In this document: positions 62,201 to 64,000 of the stretch, in pieces
Layout of the letters: the number at the start of each line of letters is the position of its first letter
Position numbering within the stretch: the stretch's first letter is position 1
Source: Mytilus trossulus
Lineage: Eukaryota
Direction of reading: 5' to 3'
Assembly: GCF_036588685.1 (NCBI RefSeq)
Contig: NC_086385.1
Coordinates: 14,407,216 to 14,471,215 of the forward strand
Length of the DNA: 64,000 nt
Made by a program: the position numbers and the translations under genes
Notes under the pieces: model-generated
What the model saw: the letters and a program-made list of their open reading frames with translations, nothing else
Databases searched by the model: none
Told to the model about the DNA's origin: nothing

Positions 62201-64000
62201 GTCTTACCGATGTATGTAAAGGGATGGGTGATAGTTCTCAGGGGTGGGGAAGTTTCACATTTAAATGAAATCCCTGATTGGAAATGGATTGTAGAAAATG
62301 AGGACTTGTCCTGTAGGGAGAAAAAATAGTGACATGAAGTTTAGAATGTACTGTGGATTTATTATTATTTGTGGGAAACAAATTTTCATGGGTATAGATA
62401 GATAAAAAAAAAATTATATATTTAAAGAAGAACAAGTTCTTTAGACTGGTATGCAAATTTTGGCAAATTTTGAAAATCTTATATCCACGAAACACACATT
62501 TTTGGGGGTTATCCTGATAGAGCTTCTTTGTTAATTTGATTAATCAGAAAAAAACCTGAAATGAATGCTGGACATGTTTGTTCTCAAGGCATACTTTCAA
62601 AAAATCATTTTTAATTTTTGTTACAAATTAAGGCATGGTGTACGTGAGCTTGCTCTTACAGTTCTTTCATTTGAATTTGAAGATGTAACCAAAAAAAACC
62701 ATAAAAAAAGCTCTGCATTTTGACAATATACATAAAAACGATATGTACAATGTAAAACTTGACTCATTTCAGCATTTTCACGATGTAGCTTACAAAGCTG
62801 AAAGTCGAGGTGAATTGTTGGGTGCCATTAATGAATTCCTTGATGAATCCATAGTGCTGCCACCTGGTGACTGGGACCAGAAGACACTCTTACCTATTAT
62901 GGATATGGCAAGGAAGAAAGCAAGACAGAAAAGGAAAAAACAACAAAAGGAAGAAGAAAAACAAGGTAATTTATAATTGGTCTTTTGGGAAAAGGTGAAG
63001 GTGTTTTCTTTGTATGGGTCAGTGCCTAGGTACTAACCTGACTTTTAACGAACTTTTCTTAAAGTTCTTCATTGATAAATTATGAACTATTAAGAAACTC
63101 ATTATATATACCAGGATTCTAAATGTGTATGCCAGAGGCTGGTTTCATCTATAAAAGACTCATCAGTGACACTTGAATCAAAAAAATTAAAAAGACCAAA
63201 TAAAGTGTCAAGTTGAAGAGCATTTTGGACCTAAAATGCCAAAGGTTCTGCTTGACCACCACTCGTGAGCTCAAGATTTCTGACTTTTGACAGAAATATA
63301 TTGTGGATTCATTATTATTCGTTGGATACCAATTTTCATGGATTTCATGGGTATAAGTAAATCACGAAATTCAATGTTCAACGAATGACAAATTTCCTAT
63401 AGGCTTGTTTGCAGACTTTGGCAAAACCATGAAATTAGATATCCACGAACATGTAAGTTTTCCTTATCCACGAAAATTGGTACCCACGAAAATAAATGAA
63501 TCTAAAGTAAACTATTATTGAATTTAACTACCTATATTAACTTTCTCTTGTTATGACAGATTAGGCTCTTCAAATTCTCAACTAAGGTTGGGTGTTTCTG
63601 GAAAATAAAAGTGTAAGTCATGTTAATTGCCTCTATATTGGCTTCAAAGGGATGTTTTTCAATAGTTAAAATAATCAATGATTTTAAAAGCTCCATCCTT
63701 GAAATTTGTTATGTTGTTATAGATATTGTTACCTTATTAAATCAGATATAGAAATTGGAAATGAAATTGGATTATTCTAATGAAAAATTATTAAATTCTG
63801 ATCCTATTTTCTTTTCAGCTCTTCTAGAGAAGGAGAAAAAAGATAAAATTCCGTTGGATCCATTGAAAAGGACTAAAAAGATATTTGGTGGACTTTATTA
63901 CGACATTAAAAGACGTTATCCTCACTATATTAGTGATTTTAAGGACGGATTTAATCTGAAATGCCTGGCAGCCATTGTATTTATATTTTTCGCCTGTTTC
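35240..64000 (+). CDS. SLC4A2: SLC4 anion exchanger (AE2/AE3-like, band-3 family), multi-exon, 3'-incomplete at the window edge
   Basis: Phase-consistent GT-AG exons encode SLC4 hallmarks: [134 protein letters not shown]. The symbol means closest vertebrate subfamily (AE1-3), not strict orthology. Confidence 0.95.
35847..36168 (-). mobile_element. Family B retroposon, longest copy, includes decayed twister
   Basis: Fixed end aaaaagaagatgtgg..attgccaatgagacaac shared with copies near 690, 12645, 13912, 14070, 27830, 41917, 51637 and 53114. Confidence 0.7.
36071..36168 (-). ncRNA. Decayed twister ribozyme (family B copy)
   Basis: - strand gggaaggatt...tgttTAAacccacc acat..atgt gCCTGTCCAAAGTCAGGA; several core substitutions. 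Confidence 0.55.
36253..36610 (+). CDS. SLC4A2: SLC4 coding exon (NYIKETEPF...DDIEVENFS)
   Basis: ctctttacAG acceptor, open frame including ORF 36343, donor A|GTAAGA phase 1. Confidence 0.8.
37228..37433 (+). CDS. SLC4A2: SLC4 coding exon ([13 protein letters not shown]...poly-Lys...[13 protein letters not shown])
   Basis: tttttacAG / CAT|GTAAGA; HR..H.HHPL and PTI.E resemble the AE2/AE3 N-terminus. Confidence 0.88.
37511..37587. mobile_element. 77-bp MITE with TAG...CTA ends and 9-bp TSD (Academ-like)
   Basis: 25-bp TIR with one mismatch (tagtccagcctt(t/g)gcctcagtgact); ATTGACATT at 37502-37510 and 37588-37596. Confidence 0.8.
38981..39024 (-). ncRNA. Minimal type I hammerhead ribozyme
   Basis: - strand: gcguca CUGAUGA gucu-uaugu-agac GAAAC gcgc GUC uggcgu; intact core, stems I and II, palindromic stem-loop III. 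Predicted cut between 38987 and 38986. Confidence 0.9.
39335..39378 (-). ncRNA. Minimal type I hammerhead ribozyme (second identical copy)
   Basis: Same sequence as 38981-39024, offset by 354 nt. Confidence 0.9.
39965..40799 (+). CDS. SLC4A2: SLC4 large Ser/acidic-rich exon (835 nt)
   Basis: ttgttgacAG acceptor phase 0, ORF 39968-40855, donor ATGG|GTAGGT phase 1. Confidence 0.85.
41205..41255 (+). CDS. SLC4A2: Candidate 51-nt symmetric cassette exon ([17 protein letters not shown])
   Basis: atatAG / AAG|GTAGAC, phase 1-1, open, purine-rich. Confidence 0.55.
41292..41683. mobile_element. Decayed TIR element just downstream of the 51-nt exon
   Basis: aatagtccatttgccaattacc / ggtaattggcaaatagactgtt (2 mismatches); no clear TSD. 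Confidence 0.55.
41917..42062 (+). mobile_element. Family B copy
   Basis: tatagctgactatgcggtatgggctttgctcattg...gttgtctcattggcaatcgtaccacatcttcttttt. Confidence 0.7.
43265..43685. repeat. 34-bp minisatellite, about 12 copies
   Basis: gtattgtagaggtccgttctcaactatgatcatg at 43517, 43551, 43585; more diverged 5'. Confidence 0.9.
43727..46032 (+). mobile_element. HINE/DINE-1-like element with four 502-bp tandem units
   Basis: Same termini as 18473; tcttctcctctgaaactact recurs at 43834, 44336, 44838, 45340. Confidence 0.9.
46119..46166 (+). CDS. SLC4A2: Candidate 48-nt symmetric exon ([16 protein letters not shown])
   Basis: ttgaatAG / ATGG|GTAGGT, phase 1-1; repeats the KVxFxMG ending of the 835-nt exon. 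Confidence 0.7.
48523..48616 (+). CDS. SLC4A2: SLC4 coding exon (GADSNSNL...QSRRGSK)
   Basis: tatttatAG / AA|GTAAGA; supplies the phase 1 to 2 change needed to join the flanking exons. Confidence 0.8.
48709..48860 (-). mobile_element. Family A copy inside a decayed CTGTAAA-type MITE
   Basis: gataaaattgagaatggaaatggggaatgtgtc...gctggcccctaaac. Confidence 0.75.
49063..49250 (+). CDS. SLC4A2: SLC4 coding exon (poly-His...[19 protein letters not shown])
   Basis: ttgatAG / A|GTATGT; AE-type E.EA..L.TADLD.M motif. Confidence 0.92.
49943..50100 (+). CDS. SLC4A2: SLC4 coding exon ([13 protein letters not shown]...DHSPHE)
   Basis: actttttAG / GAG|GTAAAC; SHR.E...G.RRH conserved in AE2/AE3. Confidence 0.93.
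50140..50460 (+). mobile_element. Three tandem decayed SINE-like segments
   Basis: Recurring agttca(a/g)tcc..caaaagacttt..tgctttt.ctccac and ttaagagg/aggagtgagaacaaagactgg. Confidence 0.4.
50620..50800 (+). CDS. SLC4A2: SLC4 coding exon, start of band-3 cytoplasmic domain
   Basis: ttgcAG / G|GTTTGT; [30 protein letters not shown]. Confidence 0.97.
51102..51237 (+). CDS. SLC4A2: SLC4 coding exon (GTMLLDIE...LRTLLLKH)
   Basis: atttaAG / AA|GTATGT, phase 1 to 2; DQI....N.LR.LLLKH motif. Confidence 0.95.
51985..52310. repeat. 159-bp tandem duplication
   Basis: gaggtcagctctgctaaataatga at 52123 and 52282. Confidence 0.85.
56049..56123 (+). CDS. SLC4A2: SLC4 75-nt symmetric exon ([24 protein letters not shown])
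   Basis: ccctttttcAG / CAG|GTGGAT, phase 2-2; RNFS sits where AE2 has RNIS after LLLKH. Confidence 0.75.
56366..56636. mobile_element. MITE with TTAA TSD (same family as 23682)
   Basis: Colinear copy with both TIRs and TTAA flanks. Confidence 0.85.
58372..58782 (+). mobile_element. MITE with 16-bp perfect TIR and internal 22-bp minisatellite
   Basis: ACCTTATCGCTATTTG / CAAATAGCGATAAGGT; about 12 copies of TAGGGTCAAGAGGCGCAGCTTC at 58488-58765. Confidence 0.85.
60539..60734 (+). CDS. SLC4A2: SLC4 coding exon ([13 protein letters not shown]...VDVDNNM)
   Basis: cctttcAG / ATG|GTATGA, phase 2 to 0, open frame. Confidence 0.87.
61895..62194 (+). CDS. SLC4A2: SLC4 coding exon ([15 protein letters not shown]...[11 protein letters not shown])
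   Basis: ttttacAG / CAG|GTATGA; highly conserved band-3 core. Confidence 0.97.
62773..62965 (+). CDS. SLC4A2: SLC4 coding exon (HFHDVAYKA...VLPPGDW...)
   Basis: catttcAG / AAG|GTAATT; FH..AY.A and FLD.S.VLPP motifs. Confidence 0.97.
63096..63248 (-). mobile_element. Diverged retrozyme-family fragment with decayed hammerhead
   Basis: - strand gtgtca CTGATGA gtct-tttat-agat GAAAC cagc CTC tggcat; flank matches 39030-39095. Confidence 0.7.
63301..63508. mobile_element. TA-flanked MITE copy
   Basis: Same family as 23980. Confidence 0.75.
63819..64000 (+). CDS. SLC4A2: SLC4 coding exon leading into TM1 (truncated by window)
   Basis: cttttcAG; [48 protein letters not shown]. Confidence 0.97.

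Overview
AT-rich animal genomic DNA, most likely a bivalve such as Mytilus (inferred from repeat content, not proven). One protein-coding gene is present: the 5' part of a + strand SLC4 anion exchanger (AE2/AE3-like, band-3 family). I can assemble 16 candidate coding exons with consistent splice phases from ATG 35240 to the window edge at 64000 (about 1079 aa, ending in TM1). Two possible 5'-UTR exons lie at 6.2 and 14.4 kb. The rest is intron or intergenic DNA dense in non-autonomous mobile elements. Main points: (1) an intact retrozyme-like unit at 38945-39389 (- strand) has two minimal hammerhead ribozymes 354 nt apart and an unexplained pseudoknot plus UUCG hairpin between them, and it splits the right TIR of a DNA transposon; (2) two end-truncated retroposon families carry permuted (P5-type) twister ribozymes, one apparently near intact at 26256-26346; (3) several sequence-unrelated elements share a long palindrome capped by a GNA mini-hairpin next to a short inverted-repeat pair; (4) the gene has a very long N-terminus with a repeated V-x-F-x-(M/L/F)-G motif and frame-preserving small exons. 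All structures were read by eye; no searches or folding programs were run.
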